This document shows, piece after piece, positions 1 to 9,466 of a stretch of DNA of 18,524 bases. Below the pieces are notes generated by a model. It ran no database searches, was not told the origin of the DNA, and saw nothing but the letters and a program-made list of their open reading frames with translations. The stretch lies in contig RQSC01000849.1 of the NCBI GenBank assembly GCA_013416795.1, positions 4,585 through 23,108 of the forward strand. Reading direction: 5' to 3'. The position numbers and the translations under genes are program-made. This DNA is from Prasinococcaceae sp. CCMP 1430 (taxonomy: Eukaryota; Plantae; Prasinodermophyta). Within the stretch, counting starts at the first letter, position 1; every line of letters begins with the position of its first letter.

Positions 1-92
<92 letters not shown>
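1..92. repeat. poly-G homopolymer at window/contig edge (probable sequencing or assembly artefact)
   Basis: 92 consecutive G at the sequence end, falling inside the second intron of the TMEM128-like gene. Confidence 0.8.
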
Positions 93-320
93 CGCGAGAG
101 GAGGGCGCGCGTGCGTGGTCGGGCGAGGGGATGGGGGGAAAAGGGGAGGACGAGAGGGCGTGGCGTGGCGCGTCAGACCGCGATCGCGTGCGTGCGCTCG
201 TGCACTGCGCGTGCGCGCGTGCGCATCCGTGGCACCCGTGCATGTCTGCGCGCGCGTGCCTGCGCGGGCGTGCTCACGCACGCGCGCTGCGAGCGGCCGA
301 TGGCCCCCGGCGCCGCGCAC

Positions 321-1019
<699 letters not shown>

Positions 1020-1661
1020 GCCGCCGCCGCCGCCGCCGCCGGCCCGCCGCCCGCCCCACCAAAAAAACGGAATGGTACCATACGAATTCCATTACGTAGG
1101 AAAATGTGTGTGGGTTTTGACGTGAGCGCAACGGAACGGGAGCGCGACGTCGGCAGGCGCGCGCGCCGCCGGCGGGGCGCCCGTGCGTTTCGACCTGCCG
1201 GCGCGGCCCGAATGCGTTCCGATGGCGGCGCGCGGGCGCGCGCGCGCGCGCGCGAAATGGGGGAAGAGTTTTTTCCGCCCGAGTCGAAAAGCGCTGCGTT
1301 CCCACCCTTTTCACGGCAATCGCATCGCGGAAATGCAGAAAATCCGCCCGCGTCCGAACGCATGCCGTGCAAGAAGCGGCGGCTTTTAGATTTAGATTTG
1401 GGGTGGATTTGGAGCGGTAAATCGGGAGAAAGGGCGGCGAAAGAAAAAAACGCGGCGGCGGCGGCGGAGGCGGCGGCTGGGGGCCAGGCGGGCGGCGGCT
1501 GCGGGGTGGGGGCGCGCCACACGGCCCACGCCCTCCGCCCCTTTATTCCTCCCTCCCTTTCCGGGCTCGGAGGGGAGGCGGAGGTTAGGCAACGCCGGCA
1601 GGCAGGGCGGGCGCGTGGGGCGCGCCGGGCGGCCAGCGCCCGGGTGGAAGCAGGGTCGGCG

Positions 1662-2345
1662 ATGGCGACGATGCGCGCCGCGCGCTGCGTGCTCGCGCTC
1701 GTGGTGGCGCTGGCGCTGGCGCTGGGGCGGGGGGCTGCAGCGGCGGCGCGCGTCAGTCTCGGCAAAGCGGGCGCGACGTCTGCCGCGGGGGGAGTGGTCG
1801 CCTCGCAGCGCGCAGCGGCCGCCGGGCCCAGCTACCCGAGGCCAGACCCCATGCAAAAAGCGAGCATGGCGAGGTGGCTGGTGCACGAGAGCACGTGGGG
1901 CGCACTCGCGACCACATCGGTGCACTTGAATGGGTCGGCGTTCGCGAACATCTTGAGCATTTCCGATGGCGACACGAACGACGCCACCGGCCACATTTAC
2001 TTCTACCTGTCGGCGATGGACCCCACAGCCGGTCAGGACCTTCCAAAGGATGCGCGCGCTACGCTCGCCATCTCTGAGGAGCCGCTGGGCTGCAAGAATG
2101 ACGCCGAGGACCCCACATGCGGAAAGGCGATGATCTCTGGTCGCATGCGCGAGCTGTCCAAGGGCAGCGACGAGCATGACGCCGCGACAGCTGCGCTCTA
2201 CGCGCGCCACCCTCAGATGAAGGCATGGCCGGAAGGGCACGGGTTCGCGCCGTGGACGCTGGACATCGAGCAGATCATGCTGCTTGACTTCTATGGCGGC
2301 GCGGCCTTCATCGCCGCCGCCGACTACTATGCGGCCAAGCCGTGA
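1662..2345 (+). CDS. CREG: CREG-family secreted protein (split-barrel, pyridoxamine-5'-phosphate-oxidase-like fold), 227 aa, intronless
   Basis: ATG at 1662 inside ORF 729..2345. Signal peptide MATMRAARCVLALVVALALALG, then CREG motifs ARWLVHESTWGALATTS, FANILSISDG...GHIYFYLSAMD, DAEDPTC, LYARHPQMKAWP..HGF, LDFYGG. Confidence 0.93.
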   Translation: MATMRAARCVLALVVALALALGRGAAAAARVSLGKAGATSAAGGVVASQRAAAAGPSYPRPDPMQKASMARWLVHESTWGALATTSVHLNGSAFANILSISDGDTNDATGHIYFYLSAMDPTAGQDLPKDARATLAISEEPLGCKNDAEDPTCGKAMISGRMRELSKGSDEHDAATAALYARHPQMKAWPEGHGFAPWTLDIEQIMLLDFYGGAAFIAAADYYAAKP

Positions 2346-2408
2346 CACGCGCAGGAAAGCCGGCGGGCTACTGCGCGAGCCCCGGGGAGGGTCACAGCAC
2401 GCATCCGC

Positions 2409-2413
2409 TGTAA
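2409..2413 (+). terminator. TGTAA, putative green-algal polyadenylation signal of CREG
   Basis: 64 nt after the CREG stop. UGUAA is the known Chlamydomonas-type poly(A) signal, and the motif recurs after other stops in this window. Confidence 0.45.
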
Positions 2414-2874
2414 AGTACGCACACACACCGCAAGCGTCCTGCACAGTAACGTCAGCGTTATGTTCCACGTAGGACAAGGCCCCTTCCAACGCACGAGCCC
2501 TCATGTGCGCTGTACACGCGCTTGCAAAACCGCCTGTCTGAGCAATTCGACGAGCGCGTCACGGAGTAGCGCTACGTGCGCCGATCCACGTGCGCCCGCC
2601 TTCCGCTTTTTCGTCCCAGCCAGCAGCCACACAGCGCACACACGCGACCCCCACGTGCAACCGCGCGTGCCTGCGTGCAGCACTTTCCCGCTGCGTATCT
2701 AGAATATCTCCTGGGATTCGGTCGCCGCGACGCACGTCATTGCGTGATCTAGATCTGGCGAAGTGACCGAAACCCACCCCGCTCTGCGCGCGCCGCTGCG
2801 TGCGCGGGCGCCACGCGCGCGTTCCCCTTGCGCGCGTGGCGGGAGTGTGCCCCACCCGCGCCGCCCGACGCGCC

Positions 2875-2891
2875 NNNNNNNNNNNNNNNNN
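2875..2891. other. assembly gap (17 N) in the promoter region of the Cys-rich protein gene
   Basis: Run of N. Confidence 1.
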
Positions 2892-2988
2892 CGCCCGGCG
2901 GGGGCGCCACACACCGGCGCGAAGGCAGCAGCCGTCGAGAGGTGCACGCACCGCCGCACCCTGCTCGGAGTGCGCACTCGTCGCCGCG

Positions 2989-4272
2989 ATGCCGAACGCG
3001 CGCCGCACTCACGCGCGCGCCGCGGCGCTCGCCGCGGGCGCCGCTTTCGTCGGCCTGGCGTCGCTCGCTGCCCGTGCCGACGCGGCGGCGGGCTGCTACG
3101 ACACGAGCTCTCACGTCTGCGACTGCGACGGCACGGAGGATGCCTGCACGGGAATTTGGACCGACGGCTGCAACTGTGGAGCGGCGGTGGCGGAGGACTC
3201 AGACCTCATTGACCTCGTGTGCAGGTGGTCGGCGCCGAGCTCCCGGTCCCCATGCGACATCCCTGCGCAGATCGACGCAACCGTCGGCCAGCACATGGAG
3301 ACGATGCTCTACTCGGGGACTTCGATCACCCGGATGGCAGACGAGACCGCCTACGATGCGTGCGATTTCACGGGCAGCACCGCGATCGTGGAAGGCGCCG
3401 CGAAGGCTGTGGACGCCGTCGTCACTTTCAACGAGCCCGGCACGTACTACCTGAGCTCGGACGGCACGGGTTGGGGCGGTGACGGTCACTGCACCGCAGG
3501 CCTCAAGTTCAAGATTGTCGTTACGGGCGATGCCGCGGGTGACAACGTCGTCGACACTTCCTACATCTTTGCTCCCACGTCGCACGCGAACCCGGGCCCG
3601 GACGCCGAACACGAGGCCTTCGGCAAGGGCGTCTACCACCAGCGCCAGTACGATGAGAACCTGCACGAGCCGTGCACTGAGGATTTCTGCCTGGACCGCG
3701 CGGAGAGCCGCGGCAGCTGCTACTACGCCGGTGAGGACTTTCACATCGGCCATGCCGTCTTCTGCGACGTCTCGGAGGTCGAGTGCTGCGGATACATCGG
3801 CTGCTCGAACGACGAGAACCGCGGCAAGTTCCCCAATGGCACTTCGCACATGTACTACTGGTACGCGGCCGGATATCGCTCCTCGAGGAGCAACTGCTGC
3901 CACTGCGCCGCCGGCTGCGAAATCGACGAATCCATGGGCGAGTGCGGATACCGCGACGTGAGCACGCCGGACTGCGCGCGCGCCACTGACATCGACACCT
4001 TGGAGTCAGATTCGATCGGCTTCCTCACGTGCGAGATTCCCGAGGGCATGACCCTGGCGGACGCCTTCGTGCGCGAGACGGCCGCTGAGGCGGCCGCCGC
4101 GGCGGCCGCTGCCGCTGAGGCGGCCGCTGCCGCTGAGGCGGCCGCTGCCGCTGAGGCGGCCGCTGCCGCTGAGGCTGGCGAGAGCTCGCCCGCATCCACC
4201 CTGCGGGTGACTGTCAGCAACGCGATGCTGCTCGCCGCTCTCGTGGCGACGGCGGTTGCGACCCTCGTCTAA
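2989..4272 (+). CDS. secreted, putatively GPI-anchored Cys-rich cell-surface protein with a phytocyanin/cupredoxin-like domain, 427 aa, intronless
   Basis: ATG at 2989 in ORF 2800..4272, with strongly G/C-ending codons. N-terminal signal peptide (…AAALAAGAAFVGLASLAARADA), 24 Cys, phytocyanin-like YDACDF…VTFNEPGTYYLSS…GHCTAGLKFKIVV, Ala/Glu stalk, small-residue site (ESSPAS) and hydrophobic C-terminal tail (AMLLAALVATAVATLV). Confidence 0.85.
   Translation: MPNARRTHARAAALAAGAAFVGLASLAARADAAAGCYDTSSHVCDCDGTEDACTGIWTDGCNCGAAVAEDSDLIDLVCRWSAPSSRSPCDIPAQIDATVGQHMETMLYSGTSITRMADETAYDACDFTGSTAIVEGAAKAVDAVVTFNEPGTYYLSSDGTGWGGDGHCTAGLKFKIVVTGDAAGDNVVDTSYIFAPTSHANPGPDAEHEAFGKGVYHQRQYDENLHEPCTEDFCLDRAESRGSCYYAGEDFHIGHAVFCDVSEVECCGYIGCSNDENRGKFPNGTSHMYYWYAAGYRSSRSNCCHCAAGCEIDESMGECGYRDVSTPDCARATDIDTLESDSIGFLTCEIPEGMTLADAFVRETAAEAAAAAAAAAEAAAAAEAAAAAEAAAAAEAGESSPASTLRVTVSNAMLLAALVATAVATLV
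4081..4176 (+). repeat. coding 18-bp tandem repeat GCCGCTGAGGCGGCCGCT encoding (AAEAAA)n
   Basis: Three perfect copies at 4111-4164 plus degenerate flanking copies, in frame within the surface protein. Confidence 0.9.
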
Positions 4273-4408
4273 TGCTCGCACTTGGCATCGTGGCTCTGCT
4301 GAGCAGGAACACGCCAGGCAACGAAGAAGAAGTCGCTGCCTTCATTGAGCGGCACTTGGCCGCCCGCGCAATCACACCGTATAGAGCTGGCTCAGAGAAC
4401 AACACTAT

Positions 4409-4413
4409 TGTAA
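4409..4413 (+). terminator. TGTAA, putative polyadenylation signal of the Cys-rich protein gene
   Basis: Lies in an AT-richer stretch 137 nt after the TAA stop. Confidence 0.45.
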
Positions 4414-4844
4414 GCCGACCCTCACACATGCAGCCTCTGGGCCATCTTGCGCCCGCTGCCCCGGGGGCGTCCCGCTCTCGTCCTCGCCTGCCGCGCCGCG
4501 ACAGCGCGAGGGCGCGCCTCGAGGCGCGCGCTGGCCTCACCCGACGCCTGCCCGCTTTCCAAGGCGCGCCTCCCCTCGCGATCAGGCACGGCCACCTTGC
4601 CGTCGGCGCATTCACGAGCAACACGAAAAGAAGGAAGAAGACGGCCACGGGGTGGGCGCCGGCGCCATGCGGCAGTACGCGCGCGGGCAGCGTTGGGAGG
4701 CGCCGTCCCCCCTCCCCTCCTCCCCCCGAGAGGGCGCGTGGCGACCGCCGTGTGGGCGTGACCAGCCCCGAAGGTCGCGTCCGTCGGCCGTCGGCTGGTG
4801 ATGCGCGCGGGCCGGCCGCGGTGGCTCGCCGCGCGCGGGGCGGC

Positions 4845-5760
4845 NNNNNNNNNNNNNNNNNNNNNNNNNNNNNNNNNNNNNNNNNNNNNNNNNNNNNNNN
4901 NNNNNNNNNNNNNNNNNNNNNNNNNNNNNNNNNNNNNNNNNNNNNNNNNNNNNNNNNNNNNNNNNNNNNNNNNNNNNNNNNNNNNNNNNNNNNNNNNNNN
5001 NNNNNNNNNNNNNNNNNNNNNNNNNNNNNNNNNNNNNNNNNNNNNNNNNNNNNNNNNNNNNNNNNNNNNNNNNNNNNNNNNNNNNNNNNNNNNNNNNNNN
5101 NNNNNNNNNNNNNNNNNNNNNNNNNNNNNNNNNNNNNNNNNNNNNNNNNNNNNNNNNNNNNNNNNNNNNNNNNNNNNNNNNNNNNNNNNNNNNNNNNNNN
5201 NNNNNNNNNNNNNNNNNNNNNNNNNNNNNNNNNNNNNNNNNNNNNNNNNNNNNNNNNNNNNNNNNNNNNNNNNNNNNNNNNNNNNNNNNNNNNNNNNNNN
5301 NNNNNNNNNNNNNNNNNNNNNNNNNNNNNNNNNNNNNNNNNNNNNNNNNNNNNNNNNNNNNNNNNNNNNNNNNNNNNNNNNNNNNNNNNNNNNNNNNNNN
5401 NNNNNNNNNNNNNNNNNNNNNNNNNNNNNNNNNNNNNNNNNNNNNNNNNNNNNNNNNNNNNNNNNNNNNNNNNNNNNNNNNNNNNNNNNNNNNNNNNNNN
5501 NNNNNNNNNNNNNNNNNNNNNNNNNNNNNNNNNNNNNNNNNNNNNNNNNNNNNNNNNNNNNNNNNNNNNNNNNNNNNNNNNNNNNNNNNNNNNNNNNNNN
5601 NNNNNNNNNNNNNNNNNNNNNNNNNNNNNNNNNNNNNNNNNNNNNNNNNNNNNNNNNNNNNNNNNNNNNNNNNNNNNNNNNNNNNNNNNNNNNNNNNNNN
5701 NNNNNNNNNNNNNNNNNNNNNNNNNNNNNNNNNNNNNNNNNNNNNNNNNNNNNNNNNNNN
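4845..5760. other. assembly gap (916 N)
   Basis: Run of N; ORFs called across it are meaningless. Confidence 1.
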
Positions 5761-6067
5761 CGGCGTCGGCGCGACGAGTGGCGGCGCCCGCGGACCGAGC
5801 GCGGCCGGCGCCGCCTCCCTGGCCGTCGCCGCGGCCTTGGCCGCCCACTCGCCCCTCTTCCGCCCTCCCAACGAGCTGGCGACAGCACTAGGAACCTAGC
5901 CAGAGCCTCACGCTCTCTGCGAGTGGTGCGGTGTGTCATGTCACGAATCTCGCACGCATGTTCGAAGCAGCCAGCACAGCGAGAGAAGGAGAAGCTTCGC
6001 TCCTCACAGCGGGGCTGCCACGTGTCCGGCACGCACGCGCGGTGCCCGCACTGCCCTGCAAGTCGAA

Positions 6068-6068
<1 letters not shown>

Positions 6069-6154
<86 letters not shown>
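6069..6154. repeat. (TG)n microsatellite ending at a single-N scaffold join (6155)
   Basis: Read directly from the sequence. Confidence 0.95.
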
Positions 6155-6155
6155 N

Positions 6156-6749
6156 GCCGCTGCGCTGCCCGTGGGCGGGGGCGCCGACCTGCTCGGGCGC
6201 AGGAACAAGTTTCCGCCGGACGCCACCGGGCGCGCGCGCGCTCTCGTGGTGTGTGGACACGAGCTCGGTGCCCTGGTTGTGGCGCGTCTTGTGGCGCTCC
6301 CGGCTGGCTGCGTTGGGCTCGAGGACGGCAGCGGCATTTTGCGCGTGTGCGTGCGCGGAGACCTCGAAAACGCGGCCATCGGCCACATGTACGCGCTGCG
6401 CGATTTTGACGTGCTCGTCGAGGCCGCGCCCATCGAGTATGGCGATGGCGCGGACACGTGCTCGTACCGCTTCGGGGCGCCGGTGCTCATGTGCGACGCG
6501 TCGGCGTTGCTGAGAGTGGCGGTGGCGAAGTCAGAGGAGCCGCTGTCGGACCTTGCGTGGGCGCGAGCGCCAATGGTGGCGCTGGGGGCAGGGGCGTGCG
6601 CACAGGCACGGGCCCTTGGGCCGTCGCCGTTAGGTTGCCGGCGTCGCGATTTTTGCGGCGCACACACGCGCCGCGCGAGCGCACACGAGCGCACTCGCGC
6701 CGCGCGCCAGACACCGTGCGCGGCGCGCACCGCAGCACCCGACGCATGA
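6156..6749 (+). CDS. CTC1: CTC1-like (CST telomere complex) OB-fold fragment, 5'-truncated and apparently lacking the C-terminal half
   Basis: Frame of ORF 5931..6749 after the N: ALVVCGHELGALVVARLVALPAGCVGLEDGSGILRVCVRGDLENAAIGHMYALRDFDVLVE. This follows the pattern I recall for the central CTC1 OB fold (…LLG.L…G.LQL.D.SGS…IG……F.L.VE). Recalled similarity only, not a search result. Confidence 0.5.
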   Translation, partial: AAALPVGGGADLLGRRNKFPPDATGRARALVVCGHELGALVVARLVALPAGCVGLEDGSGILRVCVRGDLENAAIGHMYALRDFDVLVEAAPIEYGDGADTCSYRFGAPVLMCDASALLRVAVAKSEEPLSDLAWARAPMVALGAGACAQARALGPSPLGCRRRDFCGAHTRRASAHERTRAARQTPCAARTAAPDA

Positions 6750-8191
6750 GCGGCGAGGAGGCGCTCCCGTCGGAGCCGCCCATCGTCCCCAACCCGCTAA
6801 CCCCGGCAACGCTGCCGGAGGGAGGCCCCACCTCGGAGCCCGCCGGCGCCGCGGACGTCGCCGCGCTGCAGAACCCCCCCAGCGCCGCGGCGAGGGCTGG
6901 CAGCAGCCTGCCCGCGCCCTCCGCGTGGAGGCCGCTCGGGGAGGAGAGCGACGAGGGCGCCAAGGGGCCAGCCATGATGGCGGCGACGCCCGCGGCGGCA
7001 GGCTACGGCGTTGGCGCCGACGGCCGCGGGCGCGGCGGGCGCGGCGGGTGCTGCGCGCTGCTGTGCGCGCGCGTCGAGCCGTGGGCAGGGCTGGCGCTGC
7101 TGCTGGGCGTGGTCATGATGGGCACCTCGGTGATCGTACTCGCGACGCGCTTGGGCGGCGGCTCGAGCAACTGCGTGTGCGAGTGTCCCGCGACCACCAC
7201 TACGTCATCGTCGTCCTCATCGTTCGAGTCCGCCGCGGCGGACTCGGAGGAGGCGCGCGCGCTCGTGTCGCTGTGGAACATCTTCACCAGCGATGGCAGG
7301 CGCACCGGCGACGACCCCGCGCTGACTGTCTCAGCGCTCGACGAGGTGCTCGCGTCGGACTTCGAGGAGCACTGCGATTGGGATCCGCACATGTGCCCGC
7401 TCAACCGCTCCACCGTGCTGCTCTTCCACAACCTCTCCGCCGCCAACTTCAGCAGCGGCGCGAACGACACCGCCAGCGGCGGCGCGGACGGCGAAAACTA
7501 CGACGGCTACTACGACGCCGAGGACGACCCCTTCGACGTCACGTACAGCGAGACCATCGCAGTCAACGCGTCCGAAGGCATGCTCTGCTCTATATTCCAG
7601 TTCACGCTGGGCGACTGGGAGTACCTCGGATGCGACGCGATGCGCGCCGACGTGGACTCCGGCGTCATCACGGGCGTATCCAACTTCTTCAACACGCCGC
7701 GCCTGACCATCGAAACGATCAACACCTTCACTGAGCTCCAGGACGCGTGCTTGCGCGAGAAGGCCATACAGGGCGACCCAAGCCTACCCTATCCGTGCCG
7801 GCTGCCCGGACTTCGCGAAGGCCTGGAGGCCGTGCTCAGCCCCAAGTGGGTGGGCCACCTGTACAACGGCACTAATGTGAACCGCGAGGCGTTCATCCAG
7901 CAGCTGCTGTTCGGCTCGCTGCACGACGCGGGAGAGCTCTGGCTGGACGCCGGCGAGACATTCACCCGCCTTGATGATCTCTACCTGGAGCAATCTGACC
8001 TGGCCGCGCACGCCTTCCAAATCCAGGTCAACTCGACCACCGATTGCGTCGGCGATGACTGCGTGCGCTACCACACTGGCATGACGCTGCACAGGCTCGG
8101 CCAGCCCTTCGCGGCGCGGCCGTGGCCCCCGAGCGCGAGTGACCAGCGCATCAGGGAGAGCCAGTTCTTCTCCAGCCACAGGAGCGCCTAA
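6746..8191 (+). CDS. type II single-pass membrane glycoprotein with two tandem NTF2/SnoaL-like domains, 481 aa, function unknown
   Basis: ATG at 6746 in ORF 6458..8191, with strongly G/C-ending codons. Pro/Ala-rich N-terminus, one hydrophobic helix (WAGLALLLGVVMMGTSVIVLA), and seven N-glycosylation sequons, all after the helix. NTF2-like signatures LDEVLASDFEEH…GCDAMRADVDSGVITGVSNFF and LEAVLSPKWVGHLYNGTNVNREAFI…RIRESQFF. Confidence 0.8.
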   Translation: MSGEEALPSEPPIVPNPLTPATLPEGGPTSEPAGAADVAALQNPPSAAARAGSSLPAPSAWRPLGEESDEGAKGPAMMAATPAAAGYGVGADGRGRGGRGGCCALLCARVEPWAGLALLLGVVMMGTSVIVLATRLGGGSSNCVCECPATTTTSSSSSSFESAAADSEEARALVSLWNIFTSDGRRTGDDPALTVSALDEVLASDFEEHCDWDPHMCPLNRSTVLLFHNLSAANFSSGANDTASGGADGENYDGYYDAEDDPFDVTYSETIAVNASEGMLCSIFQFTLGDWEYLGCDAMRADVDSGVITGVSNFFNTPRLTIETINTFTELQDACLREKAIQGDPSLPYPCRLPGLREGLEAVLSPKWVGHLYNGTNVNREAFIQQLLFGSLHDAGELWLDAGETFTRLDDLYLEQSDLAAHAFQIQVNSTTDCVGDDCVRYHTGMTLHRLGQPFAARPWPPSASDQRIRESQFFSSHRSA

Positions 8192-8625
8192 AACGGCGCT
8201 GTCGAACGACGACGAGCAAGGTGAGTGTGTGCCGTGTGTGCGCGCGTGCGCGCGCGCGAGCCTGCTCGCGCCTGCGCGCGCAAATGTGTTTGTGTTCTTG
8301 TATGTGTCGAGCGCCCTACTCTGCTGACGAAATTCGAGCTGGCCCTGACCGCCCGCAAGTCGAGGTTCAAGTTCGAGACGAGCGCGCGCGCGAGGCCCAC
8401 GGCGCGGGGCACTGCGCACGCGGCGCGCGCGGCAGGCGAGTGGCGCCCCGCCAGGCGGGTGGCGCCCGGCCTTGGCTGCAAGCACATACAGCACTGTATT
8501 AAAAGCCATTTGAGTGTTCACGTGTGCACGCACGCTCGCTGTGCGTGTGCGTACGTGTGCAGGCGCATGCACATACACATGCACGCACGCACGCGCACGG
8601 TGTGCACGCACGGCACTGGGGAGAA

Positions 8626-9429
8626 TCATGAGAGTAGCTCGGGGGGCACCTTGAGCCCCGCCACGAGCGCGGCGCGCGCCATGTCCTCGGGCAGCGGCGC
8701 GCGAATGACCAGCGGCTCGTCCGTGCGCGGGTGGCGCAGCTCCAGCGAGTGTGCGTGCAGGGCGTGCCGCCTGGCGCGTGTGTGTAGTGTGTTCGTGTGT
8801 GTGCGCGCGCGCGCGTGTCCGTGCGAGCCGCCGGGGCGGTCAGCGCGCAATGCTGGCAACACGCTCGCGCTCACGCGCACGTATGAGGCGGCGACCAGGG
8901 AACAGCGTGTGCTCGTGAGCGTGCTGTGCGAGCATGCGTGTGTATGTGTGTGCGTGCGCGCGCGCGCGCGTAGGTGTCGCCTCACCTCATCCAACCCCCG
9001 TCCCTCTCCCGCGCACCGCTTTCCGGCGCGTAGAGCGTGTCGCCTAGCAGCGGCAGGCCCGCCGCGCACGCGTGCACGCGGATCTGGTGCGTGCGCCCCG
9101 TGCGGGGGCGCGCGCGGCCGAGCCACACGCCCTCATCCGGCAGTAGCAGCGCGCCCGCTGCGAGTGTGTGGTGTGTGTGTGCGGCGCCGGCTGTGTCGTC
9201 GTTGCCGCCGCCCTCGCCGCCCAGCGCCCACGCGAGCGTCTCGAAGCGCGTGAAGCTCGCCTTGCCCCCGCGCGCCTCGTCCACCACGCCGTACACGGGC
9301 GCCCCCTGATCCGCCAGCCTGCCGATGGGCGCGTCCACCTCGAACCATCCTTCCCCGCCCTCGGCGTGCGCCGCTCGCGCCACCGCGCCGGCGTCTGCGC
9401 GCGCGAGGCATACGTACTCCTGCGAGGTA

Positions 9430-9466
<37 letters not shown>

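Noticed and set aside
1-92. Poly-G as a G-quadruplex or telomere-like element
   Set aside because: A pure homopolymer at the sequence end inside an intron; typical of sequencing or assembly artefacts.
2343-2345. TGA stops of CREG, RluA or cyt b5 as selenocysteine read-through
   Set aside because: Each TGA falls at or after the expected family C-terminus, and I could not identify a convincing SECIS by eye.
2586-2658. Two CCACGTGC G-box-like motifs upstream of the Cys-rich gene as an iron-response element (a CACGTG-core motif is reported for diatom low-iron promoters)
   Set aside because: CACGTG occurs many other times in this window, including in coding regions and introns, and none lies upstream of CREG, so it is not distinguishable from background.
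4081-4176. CRISPR array or mobile-element repeat
   Set aside because: Head-to-tail in-frame coding repeat with no spacers, no cas genes and no transposase.
4272-4844. ORF starting at the TAATG overlap (MLALGIVALLSRNTPGNEEEV…) as a translationally coupled gene
   Set aside because: Codon usage is unlike the real genes, it overlaps the likely 3' UTR with TGTAA, and it has no recognisable domain.
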